NCBI RefSeq assembly: GCF_032062105.1
Contig: NW_026919274.1
Coordinates: forward strand, 930,001 to 994,000
Origin: Saccostrea cucullata
Taxonomy: Eukaryota
Direction: 5' to 3'
DNA length: 64,000 nt
The position numbers and the translations under genes were made by a program. This document shows, one piece after another, positions 1 through 11,400 of the stretch. The notes beneath the pieces are model-generated. The model made no database searches and was not told the origin of the DNA. It saw only the letters and a program-made list of their open reading frames with translations. The stretch's first letter is position 1; each line of letters begins with the position of its first letter.

Positions 1-51
1 AGAGATATATGTATGTGTGATCTTTGCATAAGTAAACTAATATTCTATAAT

Positions 52-330
52 TTTTATGCACCCAGATTGATAGATCCGGGCATATATTGTTTTTGTCCTG
101 TCTGTCTGTCTGTTTGTCTGCAAACTTTAACCTTCCCAATAACTTTTGAACCATGAAAGATAGAGACTTCATATTTAAAATGCATACTCCACTAATGAAG
201 CTCTTTTAAATAACACCAAGGTCAATGACCTTGTGACCTTGATTGTGACCTTTATGCTAAAAATAGCTTTTTTGAACCTTATCCATAACTTTTGAACCAT
301 GAGAGATAGAGACTACTAATCAAGTTCTTT
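52..330 (+). repeat. Truncated Helentron-associated (HINE/pearl-like) non-autonomous element in a GXYLT intron
   Basis: TTTTTATGC start with a short hairpin, a (TCTG)n microsatellite at ~98-120, then a repeated core 'aacctt..caataacttttgaaccatga..gatagagact' at ~129 and ~274. Same architecture as the full elements at 24663, 26800 and 32817. Confidence 0.6.
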
Positions 331-475
331 CAAATGACACCTAGTTCAAAGTAATTACTTTGAGATTCTATGGGTGCTTCTTGAACTTCATACTTATGTA
401 TTTATACTTTGGCTCACACTTGCAGTACATGCTGTACAGGTACATTGTTAAATTATTTCTGAGATTCACCCTGAC

Positions 476-2523
476 CTGGATGAAAGTGAAAGTAGATGTT
501 AATGAGATCCTGATCTCCCCAGGTTATTTTCAGTTTGTATTCTTTGTAGTAATTCACAATGGATGGAAGCCAAGTTGAGTTTCTAAGTCTTGTTAAATTC
601 ATCAACATCACACCAGAATTGACCCCTGAAAAAGTGGTGAAAGAATACTTGTCTAGTATTATTTTAAAGCAGTGTTCTATTTTGGGGTACGTTTATTAAC
701 ATATTTGAAACTCGACTGAATTTGGCCTTAACATGAAGATTGATTTTTTTACCTAATTCTCCATAATATGGATGCCTAGCAAATCTATTGTACCAGCCAG
801 TCTGTCTGTCTTCACTCTCTGGAGCCAAGGCAACCAGCTGGGTACTGTTGAACCGGGTAAAATGAAACCATATTTCCTCCAGAGGAGACAGAAATAAGAT
901 ATCTGTATCAACATACAGTACAGAATCCACATTGGTTAAGAGTGACTGGAAAAGAAATACTTAAGTATTAAATATACATTTTTGTACCACTTTAACTTCA
1001 AGTACAATTATGTTTACATAACATACAGAAAGGCATAAAAATCAAGTTTTTGCTTGATCTTTAACGCACATCATCCCCCCCCCCCCCCCTTAACCTCACA
1101 CAAAATTTAAGGGGAAAAAACACATTTTACTTGCCTTAAATTAATTAAATTGTCAAGAAAAATCCAATTTAGCTATAACAAGTTAATTACTAATTATTCT
1201 ATGAAGGAAAAAGAGGTCACTGTGCAAGATAATCAACTAAGAAACAGATTGGCAGGATACATATTTATTGATGCCTTATCTATGAAGGCAAAATGTCAAG
1301 CAGAACTGACATAGAAAATTTTAACTACAGGTATGCATCATTCTCAAACTGGAATTGATTCTTACAATTATTTCTTTACAACTGATATACTTACTGGAAT
1401 GAAGAGTCGTTGAGAGGCACAAGGTTTAAAAAGTTTCTTCCACTCATTATTTGAGTCAGGGAAGGTTATACCATACAAGTGGTATTCAAATTTGCTTTTA
1501 GCTATACTTGGCCATGATGCAAGCTGTAAAAAGATATCTTATTAAACAATCCAAAATATAAAACCTCATTTTTCAAAAGAATAAGATAAGGGGGATCCCA
1601 TAATATGGAAAAATTAAATGTCATTTTATAATTTCAAAACTACAGAGGAGTACAGACATAATGAGTTTGTGTACTTTTCTAATTCGAAGAATTTTTTGGT
1701 TATAACAGTATATATGTATATGAATACATGTATATAACTTTCTATCTTAATTTCCAAATATGCTACAACATGTTTGTTCTTATGGAAAAAAAATAATAAA
1801 ATGAATAAATAAATTACAAGATTCATGAAAGTTACAATAAATTTAAAAAATCAGCACCAACCTGTTGCTGCAGTGAGGAATGAAGATCATCTTCAGCGAA
1901 GATGTGGATGATGATGTAGCTTTTGGTGAAGAGGATGGCAGACTTGATGAGAATGATGGACTCATTACCACGGTCACCACAAACAACAATAGAAAGGTGG
2001 ATACTCTCTCTCCATCTCTTGGCTTTCCTGTAAATTTTTTTTCTAATTTTAGGGGGTTGGAACCATTGAAAAAAGTAGGTGGAAACATCAATCGTTTCTA
2101 TATAAAATTGGTAATTATTGATACATGGAAAGTATAACAACATACATGACAAATTTTCTGATTATGCAGTCAGTCTTAGTTTATAGGACAGTGGATAAAA
2201 ATATATACAGAAAAAAATCCATTTAACTAATTGTAATTAAAAAAAAAATGTCCTCTAAAATTAGTGAACTTTTGAAAAAAAATTTTTTTTTAAAGTGGTC
2301 ATTAATTGATAATTAATGCTCACTTTTCTAGTTCAGCCTTTCTTAATTTTTCTTCAGCACTGATCTCTGCGGTTTTTTTCGACTGATTTCCAACAATGCT
2401 GTCATTTTCTGGGGACTGCTCTAGGTTAGGTTCATCATTCTGTTGATGAATCAAATAGAACATACAAACAGCGATGACAACAATGACAGTCAGACCAAAC
2501 TTAAAGATCATCCTCCGCCTCAT
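476..2523 (-). CDS. GXYLT1: Glucoside xylosyltransferase (GT8 family, GXYLT1/2-like; Notch O-glucose elongation), 3' end beyond the window start
   Basis: Exons 2523-2324, 2027-1862, 1523-1395, 945-753, 625-476, all GT-AG and in frame. N-terminal type II TM segment; motifs [30 protein letters not shown] (DxD), [37 protein letters not shown]. Paralog number (1 vs 2) cannot be resolved for an invertebrate. Confidence 0.93.
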
Positions 2524-4351
2524 CCAGCATCGCTTAGTGGCGCCTACTCCTCAAAATTGGTTAACCTATGAAAAAAATGTTATATAAATTTATATGGTTT
2601 AGTTTACGTTACTTGGTATGCAGTACGTTTATCATTTTTAGATTGGGCATGTTGGGTACAGCTTTTCCCCCTAATCCGAGATTCCTCTGACTCTAACCCC
2701 CGCTTTTATATTGTGACTTGTGCGGGGGAGATTTTGTACCTGTGGTTAGGCTATTTGCACTTCAAAGTTAAACATTAAACTGACGATAATTTACGAAACT
2801 GATTATACCTCTATCAAGTTCCACTATTATACAGTCCCCGATTGATTCTGCTACTGCATAATTAACACAAGACACACGATATAAATAGATTTTATAGACA
2901 TTTTTATGATTTTGGTTTACAGTGTCCTAAAAAAACTCAAAACTGGAAATGATTGATGGAGACTAAAAAAGAAAAACCCAGATTCCGGAATGTGGAATCG
3001 ATAAGCCTGGGGCAAAATAAAGTTCTAAAAGGAATATTTTGTGTTAATTTTAGATAACGTTGATTTTCAATTGCATACAAAATTGATTATGCATCAGCCA
3101 TTCCAATTTTTTTTCTAAGTTCAGCGTCCACGTGTGCCTTGGTTTTTGACACTCAATCGAGTCAATGCCAGCAGAGACGTATAATATGTCTCTGATGCCA
3201 GAAAGGAAAAAAAAGTCAAAATGCCAAAAACATATACAAGAAACATATATTGACGCAAGCGTCAAAAACCGGCTGCAAACCAATTGTATTGGTCCTTTCA
3301 ATGAAACAGTTAGAAACTGGAATGCTAGATCTGTTATTAAGGTAGGTCCCTAGTACTGGACCTACTTGTGATTTTTCAAAAAATTGTTCTCAAATGTTTA
3401 GATTGTTCATACTAAGGTATGATGAATTGGAAAAAAGAAGGGGTTGTCAGTATTATTATTGAGAGAGAGTTTCTCAAACATAGGTACCCCCATTTTTCAA
3501 TTGACGATATGAGATTCCAATAAAGGTTTCACATAATTTGTACATAAAAACACTAATTTTGATGCTATTGAATGATTTTTCCTATTTAAATCAAAGAAAT
3601 ATATCCAATTAAACAAATTACAGTAAAATTTTATTCTTATTATATTTTCCTTGGTTTTTGGGGACTAAATTGAACAAAATACAACCCTCGACCAGCCCCA
3701 AAACTTGGAAGTACAACACTATTAAAATTATTGTAAAAAAAAATTGACTTGTGATTTTTCAGTCAAATTCTCAAATTATGTTCATCTATGACTATTTGTT
3801 AAAATTAAATTAAAAAAACAGCACATTGCCAGCATATATTTTTTCTCAGCACCACCATTTATTTATACGTTTTTTGTCCAAATTGAGATTTTTGATAAGG
3901 AATTTCAAATGATGGAAGATAAAAAATACAAAGCTATTGATGACTTTTATTTCATTTCATAGATGCATAACTGCAAAAGAATAACAACATTCTTTAGAAT
4001 ATAATATAATTTTAAAACCTATAATACTTCTGTGTGCCATTAATTACAGATATATTTCACATATTATACATGTACATGTATCTGTTTTTCAAGTAAATGA
4101 AATGAAAATCCACAGTCTAATCAGTCATCAATTTTGAAGCATTACTCTTTCCACTACATTGAGTCAAAATACATCCAATTATGTGTTCAACAGTATACAC
4201 AAAAAATTAGTATACAACAGAATATTAACAGTCAGCATAAAAAAAATACAGTCTAACGTTAGGTTGAGTGTTGACTGAAATCTCCCATACAAGTTTTTAG
4301 ACCTTTATTTTACACACTGTTTGTCTAAATTAAAATACATACAAACAGTAA

Positions 4352-7300
4352 TCATTCACAGCTATTCAAATATTCAACCAATTTGTTGATTACATTAGAT
4401 GACTTGGATATTCTAGGCTGCTTTGAACCTGATAATGGTTCACTAAAAACATTTCGTAACCCATTATGTGGATCCCTCTTGTGGATTAGCACCAACTTAG
4501 ACAAACTAAGAGAATTTGCAATCAACTTCTTCGAAATCATGGAAGATACAATCTTTGCCTTAACAAGGGGCTCTAAAGACTTCTTTATGGTATAATAATT
4601 CAATGTGAACACATCATTAGCTGAACACAGAGCCAACAACTTCATTTCAAAAAGTTCCCTCAATGCCTTCACATCAGCAATAGCATTATGAGCTTCATAA
4701 TCTTTTCCAATGAAAGTATTTACAAGAGTGACTTGTTTAAAATCTTTAACATCATCTTTGCTGAAAGATTTCCTAGACACTTGTAAGGTATCTATAAAAC
4801 CAGTGACAGTGCTAGCAAAACTGTCAAGTAATTTACATTTGACTAGCTGATTCATTAACACTGGTAGGTCAAAACATTGTATATTGTGCCCAACCAAAAT
4901 AGGTTTACAATCAACAGTCTTCAAAAATTCAACAAACTGCTGAAGTCCTTCAAAGGGCTCTTTATGGTCCACCTTCTTGCCATTATGCTTCAGCACACCA
5001 CCAACAAAAGTAAGGCCAGTTGCTGCAGATGCATCAAGACTAATTGGGGACTGCGGTGTCAAGTACATGTTGAACTCTCTCTCTCCACATACAGCTGCAA
5101 TCTGAACAATGTCTGATGTCCTGGCTGAAATAAATAAAAATAAATATTGAAACTCCCATAGTGTATACTTCTAAGTCAAGTGCAACACAATTCTCTTAAC
5201 CTTATATAATATATTCCTTAGCTATTTCTACAAAGAAAAAAACAAGTTCACAAACCTAAACCAGTAGTCTCTAGGTCAAATACCATGTAAGATTTGTTGG
5301 TACTTGGTAGTTGATCTAATTTATTCAAAGAAATGTCCTCCAAATCAGCTTCATCACTCAAACCAATTTTGCTGCTGTATGTATCCGCTGCAATAGAAAT
5401 GTTCAGAAAAAATGATAGGTAAAAACAAACAAACATCACACATATAAATTAAGTTTCAGATAAATAGTATTTATCTGACTTACCTTCAAGAACAGATTGT
5501 GATGCATCTTTTGCAGACCGCTCTGTCTTCAGCTCTAAGCGCCTCCGCTTTGTGCTCCGCTTTGCTTGTTGTAATCGCTTCAGCTTCAGTCTGCTTTGTA
5601 GGATCCTGGAATGCTTGAGGGTGTATCTTCCAGGAGACATTGTCAGTCTTTTATTCATCTGAGAAAAATAGAAAATATGAAATTGAAAACTTTTTCTGGA
5701 AAAGAAAAAAAAGAAGAATCAACAGATCCTTATCAATATGTAAAACATGTAATTTTTTTTTCAAGTAAAGAGATTATATATTTTATGGAGTAAAAAATCT
5801 AATGTGTCTGCATTAAAATGTATTACAGCAAAACTCGGTTATAACGAAGTCACCGGGACCTATAAAATTACTTTACTATATCCGCAATTCTTTATATCCA
5901 TATAAGAAGTTCATTAAATTTATATAGATGGGGATCCAAGATGACTTCGCTATATCCGTGAATTTGCAATATCCATGTTCGTACTAAACAAGTTTTACTG
6001 TAACAATAAATTCACACATTTTATAGATATAATTCTCGAAGAACTTTCAAAACCCTTAAAAATTAATCATGCATTAAAAATGATTTCAACTGCGTCAAGT
6101 AAATAAAAAAATGTAAACAAGACAAGAACAAAAACTACACAAACAAGTTTAGGCTATGTAATGGTATTTTTGATGTTTCCCTTTAAATACTTTACTTTAT
6201 AGACATTGCCTAAACTGCCATGTGTGAACATCAAAAGAACATCAAAGAACATTTTTTTTCATTTGTATACCTCAGTTATATAATTATACCCCTCATTTTT
6301 CTGACAGACAGTTGCAGATACTCTACTATGCAGACTGTCTGAACCTCCATAAAACCTATGAACAGTTTAGGTGACATAGTCTAATTAATAAAAGGTACAT
6401 GTTTTATCTATGTGCATGGTTTTTATCATTTCATAAATTTGAAAATTAAAAATTCTTACATTCTTTTAGGCGCTTTGCTAGAGACCATGTGGTTAAAATT
6501 TTCATTCACTTGAGTGGATCCCATCGACACCAACTCAGTTGCCCGGTCTGCATACTTCTCAAACAGTTTTTCTAGAGCTGATCTCAGAGGCTCACTTGTA
6601 AGAGGTTTCCCATATGGCAAGTTTTTTGGTTTGTAACCAGTCTGTTCACTCCTGCACCATGTGCCACACATGGAATGGTCCCCTTTTAAGATTAAATACA
6701 CTAATACAAATACAGCATTCATACATTATCATGAACTCAGACCAATTTCTAAAAATAATTAGAAAACAAAATTATTTTTCTTGCCAGTGTCAAACTTAAA
6801 TATATGTTCATTCTTTTTGCAAGTAGTATTCTTACCATATAAATGAGGAACAATTTTCCCCAGATCATTAGCTAACTTTTCTGGATCTTCAGATGCCTGA
6901 TGAACACAATATGTAAAGCATCTCTCAATGTGTGTTCTAACTTTAACATTTTTCAATACTTTATGGGTATTGCTGATTTCCACAAGACTTCCAGTAAACC
7001 CCTTTTTCATGTGATTGCTGTCCACCTTTTTCTTTATATCTGGATCAACAGTTGCTCTCAATCTTGCTATTGTTGTAGAATCGTTGTCCATTACTAACGT
7101 GGTAACCTAACAACATTTTATAATTATAAGCAAAATAAAAAACAGTAATGCATTAGCACTTTCATTTACAATCTTCACATATATATAAATATTTAATAAA
7201 GATTTCATGGAAGGTGGCATTTTAATTCATAGCGCTTTCACCTCTTAGCTCTTCATGGATTTTGAATATTGATTGTACACAGATATATTGATATAAAATT

Positions 7301-9038
7301 GAACATATCTATACATTTCATACCTTTTCACCTTGATCTTTTATGCTCTGCACCATCTCGCAAGCCATAGCAGGTTCCATAGATTTGGCTGACCCTGACC
7401 AGTTTCGACTGCATTTGTGCTTCCTCACAGGAACATCCTTCCGTTTTGCCAAGTCACATATTCTGCATTTTTTAGATTTTACAGCATAACCAACACATTT
7501 CTTGGTTTTTTCTCCGATCAAACTTGCATGTCCTTCAAACATAAAGAAAATTGTTCAATAGCAGTAAATACTTTGTATTATTTTAGTAATCAGTGAAAAG
7601 TCAAAGCATCCAATTCAAATTACTAATTAGGATAATTGATGACTTTTTTAAACCATCAAAAAATACCTGTAAGGCTATTGTAGGCACGCCCAGTACCCCG
7701 TTTTTGCCAGGCACCATCGAAGCTGACAGTGAGATTACCATCACTCCTGAAGAAAAATCCAATAATTATCATGCATGAAATTTTTTTTTTTTTTTTTTCA
7801 ATAATTCAAATTATTTTGACAAATACCAATAAACGTACTTTTCAACTTCCTCTAATAGACTGGTTCGACAACTTTCTTCTGCCATTTTACTCAGTGTACT
7901 GCCAACTTCCCTTTCCCTTTCCTTTAGACCTCCCTTTGAAATTCCTGGAATGTTTAGTACTGCTAAGAAGGCATTTAAATGAGACTCTCCAAAGCCACCA
8001 TTGATCATTCCTAAAATATTACAAACACAATTATTTAAAACAATAATCAAAGATTAAAACAGGGGTGTGCAATCACCATCGCCCGACACCCGGGGCTACC
8101 AATTTAAGAGGTCAGCTATCTAAATCTATACTGCGTTAGCCCGTCGGGCTAGTAAATCTAAAACAAAAGTAAACATATATTTACCTCGACTGAATTTAGG
8201 TACGAATTAACTTTTCTGAAAAATCAAAATCTTGAATTCGTTTTAACCTATATGCATTGTGTGTTCCTATCGCCAGTCATCTCACTGACAATTATAGTCG
8301 ATATAAATAGGGGGAAGTACCTGACAATTACAAAGTGCAAACCATTATTTGTTTATTTCAACTTCAATATTTTTTTTAACCTTTATGTTATACTTATACA
8401 TGTATTGTTTTCGGTAGTTAATGGGCTAGTCACTAGCGCAACGGGCTAGTAATTTATTTTTGTAATATCTATTGCACACCCCTGATTAAAAACACCAATG
8501 TACACAATTTTATCCAAGTTTATTTCATACTTATTATACACTTACCTACTGCTACTTTCGTATTAATATCCCATGCTTTTCCTCCCTTTTCTGTTAGATG
8601 TTTTTTGCCTGTTGGGACATCATTAAGTAGCCTACACTCCTGGTATCTACACTGCACTTGGAGAATTTGAGCGAGTCCGAATCTAGTCTCTCCAACACAA
8701 TCGGATAAATGCAAAGGTTGCCCACATCTCTTGCACTCCTTTAAATTATTTGCAAGGATACCAAGTTCGATTATACGTCTACCTTCGCTCCAATCATTTT
8801 TACCTGTTGGCTCAACAATTTCCTCTCTAGCAACACGGACATCGCTAGCAAGAGGGTCAACACAGTGATACACATGGTCTTCGTTCGTAACTGGAGTGAT
8901 TACTGGTGTTTCAACATTTTCTTTGGAAGTATTATCATCACTGCGGTCCCAATATTTTACACACTCTCTCCTCAGGACTTCATTTTGCTTTATACGAGAG
9001 GATTTCACGAATTTCCCCTTCTTATTTCTTGCCGCCAT
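4352..9038 (-). CDS. 870-aa DDE transposase (Kolobok / 'Mutator-like transposase' type) fused to a C-terminal DEDDh PML-like 3'-5' exonuclease
   Basis: Ten exons: 9038-8546, 8010-7839, 7746-7667, 7532-7324, 7106-6836, 6682-6460, 6355-6271, 5658-5484, 5387-5256, 5124-4352. Total 2613 nt, all GT-AG, no internal stop. Transposase motifs: CKRC..C..C zinc ribbon, VSFDGAWQKRG..YNSLTG (D232), CRIC..HKC..NWSGSAKSME, MDNDS (D325), DSNHMKK, GDHSMCGTWC, STQVNENFN (E469). Exonuclease motifs: VFDLETTGL (D607, E609), LVGHNIQCFD (D699), AHNAIADV (H759, D764). AATAAA on the minus strand at 4304-4309. Confidence 0.9.
5826..6000. mobile_element. Tc1/mariner (pogo/Tigger-like) MITE in intron 7 of the transposase gene
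   Basis: TA at 5824-5825 and 6001-6002; TIR CAGCAAAACTCGGTTATAACGAA vs CAGTAAAACTTGTTTAGTACGAA (18/23). Partial relatives near 31378 and 35751. Confidence 0.8.
8060..8484. mobile_element. 425-bp MITE with CAGGG ends (P/Galileo- or hAT-like) in intron 1 of the transposase gene
   Basis: Perfect 14-bp TIR CAGGGGTGTGCAAT (8060-8073 / 8471-8484); flanking direct repeat ATTAAAA (8053-8059 / 8485-8491); subterminal GGGCTA/GCCCG motifs. Confidence 0.85.
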
Positions 9039-9127
9039 TACTGCGGGATGTTATCGATAAATAATAGTGTTAAAAACCTATCCGGGAGTCCGATCCGGTT
9101 ATGACGTCACACGACTAGACCCCTACT
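9039..9127 (-). promoter_or_regulatory. Putative compact internal promoter of the transposon
   Basis: Between the TIR and the ATG: CRE palindrome TGACGTCA (9102-9109) and palindrome TTATCGATAA (9051-9060, containing DRE-like TATCGATA). The segment is CpG-rich relative to its surroundings. Confidence 0.5.
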
Positions 9128-10160
9128 TTAAAATATCTTATATTTATCTGTTAATTAATATATCTCTGTGACATTGAACATTTGCATGCGACATAACAGG
9201 ATTTTCTTCAATACATAATTTACATGTACATTACTACATGTATAAGCAAACTACTTTTAGTACCCTGCGTCTCCGTACAAAGTTTGGTACAAACGAACTC
9301 TTGTGAAAGTTTGATGTTTTTAAAGTAGTTTACATTTAAAGATTAAAACTAAAGTTTAAATTTATCTTAACCATAGAGATATATAGTTTTACTTTAATAA
9401 AAACGCAACAAATATGTGGGGCTCTTCGCTCGCTCTCAGAGGATGTTAACCCCCCCAACTCCCTCTAGATCCGCCACTACATTTCTCCTCTTTGATTGCG
9501 AGAAGTGGCGGGAAAAGACTTGGCATACTATAAAATGCGCTTTATCCTTGTCTGTTGGAGTAAAATCTCGTAATATTCTGTCTGATGATAAATTGTCATT
9601 TAATCATTTGGAAATTTTCTTTCGGAAATGTTAAAATATATTCAACAAATCCTGTTTAAATAGAGAAAGTAAAATTGATTATACTTCTATACTAGTACTG
9701 TAACGCGGTCTTTGATTTAGACCATGTCCAACACGTGTGCTTTTGTCTCCGAACCTCAGTTATGTCAGAGTTTGTCAATCAGGATTGGTTGAAACATTTA
9801 CCCCATATTTACAAAATTTTAATTTTATGATTATTGTGCGTATCTTGCTTAACATTTAAACCCTCTGTTTTAATATTGTATTATTTGAATGTTAAATATT
9901 TTTTATTTAAATTGTTTTAATAACTCCGCAGAAACCCACGACGACTTCAAACTTTCATATCAAATAACTGACCGCCTCCTGGCTACCGGTAATTATTCTG
10001 ATTGAAATCTTTGAATTCTGTCATTATTTCTAAATATTTGTCTAGAATACGTCATACAAGGTAAATCGTACGTATTGAATTTGATTTTGCGATGGAATTT
10101 ATCTTTCTGCAAGTAAAAATGAAATCAAATCCTTTGAATGACCTATGAATGAGGCAGATT

Positions 10161-10950
10161 GTGTGGAGAGAGACTCGGGGCAGGGAGAGTGTGGGGAGAG
10201 AGAGTGTGTGGAGGAAAGTGTGGAGGGAGAGAGAAGAGAGATTAGACAGGGAGTGTGTGGACAGAGAGGGAGTGAGAATATGGGGTGAGAGAGGGTAGTG
10301 AGAGTGTGGGAAGAGAGAGAGTGGACAGAAGTTGTGGGAAGGGAGAGAGTGGGGAGAGATTGTGGGGAGAAAGAGTGGGGAGGGAGAGAGAAGGGAAAGA
10401 GTGGGGAGGGAGAGAGAAGGGAGCGAGAGTGTGGGGAAAGAGAGGGGAGTGAGAGTGGGGTGAGAGCCGGGGAGTGAGAGGGGAGAAAGAAGGTAGTGGG
10501 GGAGAGATTGTGGGGAGATAGAGAGAGAGTGGGGAGGGAGAGTGTGGGGAGAGAAGGGAGCGAGAGTTTGGGGAGAGAGAGAGTGTAGTGAGAGTGTGAT
10601 GAGAGAGAGGGAGTGAGAATGTGGGGAGAGAGAGTGTGATGAGAGAGAGGGAATGAGAGTGTGGGGAGAGAGAGGGTAGTGAGAGAGTGATGAGAGAGAG
10701 GGAGTGGGAGTTTGGGGAGAGAGAGTGGACAGAGGTTGTGGGGAAGGAGAGAGAGGGAGTGAGAGGGTGGGGAGCGAGAGGGTGGAGAGAGAGTGTGGGG
10801 AGATAAAGTGGAGAGCAAGAGTGGGAGGAGAGTGAGAAAGTGGAGAGAGAGGTAAAGGAGATTGTCTGGGGAGAAAGTGGAGAGCGACAGTTGGAAGAGG
10901 GCTGGAGAGAGATGGGGATGGAGAGGGACTGGGCTGTAAAGAGAGGGGGT
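10161..10950. repeat. Purine-rich low-complexity/minisatellite tract (GAGAGAGTGTGGGGA-like units)
   Basis: About 790 bp almost free of C on the + strand, with recurring GAGAGAGTG(TG)GGG(G) units. Confidence 0.9.
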
Positions 10951-11047
10951 GTTATTTAATCATTTTAGAAGCTATACCTCACCTGTAGTTGTTGATACTG
11001 TATTAATGAACCGAGTCACCTGAAATCAGAGATGGCAATTTTCATTC

Positions 11048-11400
11048 TTTTTGTCCCCCGCTTTCATTGAAAGAGGGGAATATTCCGGCATTTCCGTCTT
11101 TTGTTTCAACACGGTATCCCGAAAATCCTTTTGATCATTCGAAATGAAATTTTACACAATTCCATATGGCCTAAGGAAGACCCTATTGGTTTTTTTTTAA
11201 GGTAAAAAGGTTACAGGTCAACGTCATAAAATAATTCTGTCTGTTTTAATATTTTCGTATCCGCGCAATATCTCGAAAAGCTTTTGAGCCTTTTTAATTA
11301 AATTTCATACCACATACTCCTATGGCCTAAAAAAGAACCCTTTTTATTTTGAGGTAAAAAGGTCACAGATCAATGTCGAAACGTGCTTATTTCCAGCGAT
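11048..11400 (+). repeat. Degenerate HINE-like element with ~165-bp core repeats (related pieces at ~13225-13500 and ~16540-16760)
   Basis: T-run plus hairpin start (cccccgctttca..tgaaagagggg) and two diverged cores 'tcc.tatggcctaa..aaga.ccct....tttt..aggtaaaaaggt'. Confidence 0.55.

Larger units (their letters stand above)
3341..9127 (-). mobile_element. Autonomous-looking DNA transposon, Kolobok-like (TTAA TSD, RR..YY ends, short imperfect TIR), 5,787 bp
   Basis: TTAA at 3337-3340 and 9128-9131. Left end GGTAGGTCCCTAGTACT versus reverse complement of right end AGTAGGGGTCTAGTCGT (11/17; GTAGG...CTAGT shared). Encloses exactly one complete transposase-exonuclease gene whose ATG is 89 bp from the right end. 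Confidence 0.8.

Noticed and set aside
3341-9127. Long terminal direct repeats (KolobokP-like composite) or a second gene
   Set aside because: No extended direct similarity between the two ends and no second ORF or exon chain visible.
10099-10818. 239-aa Ser/Leu/Pro/His-rich ORF
   Set aside because: By-product of the C/T-rich strand of the GA tract, which rarely forms stop codons; no domain or splice context.
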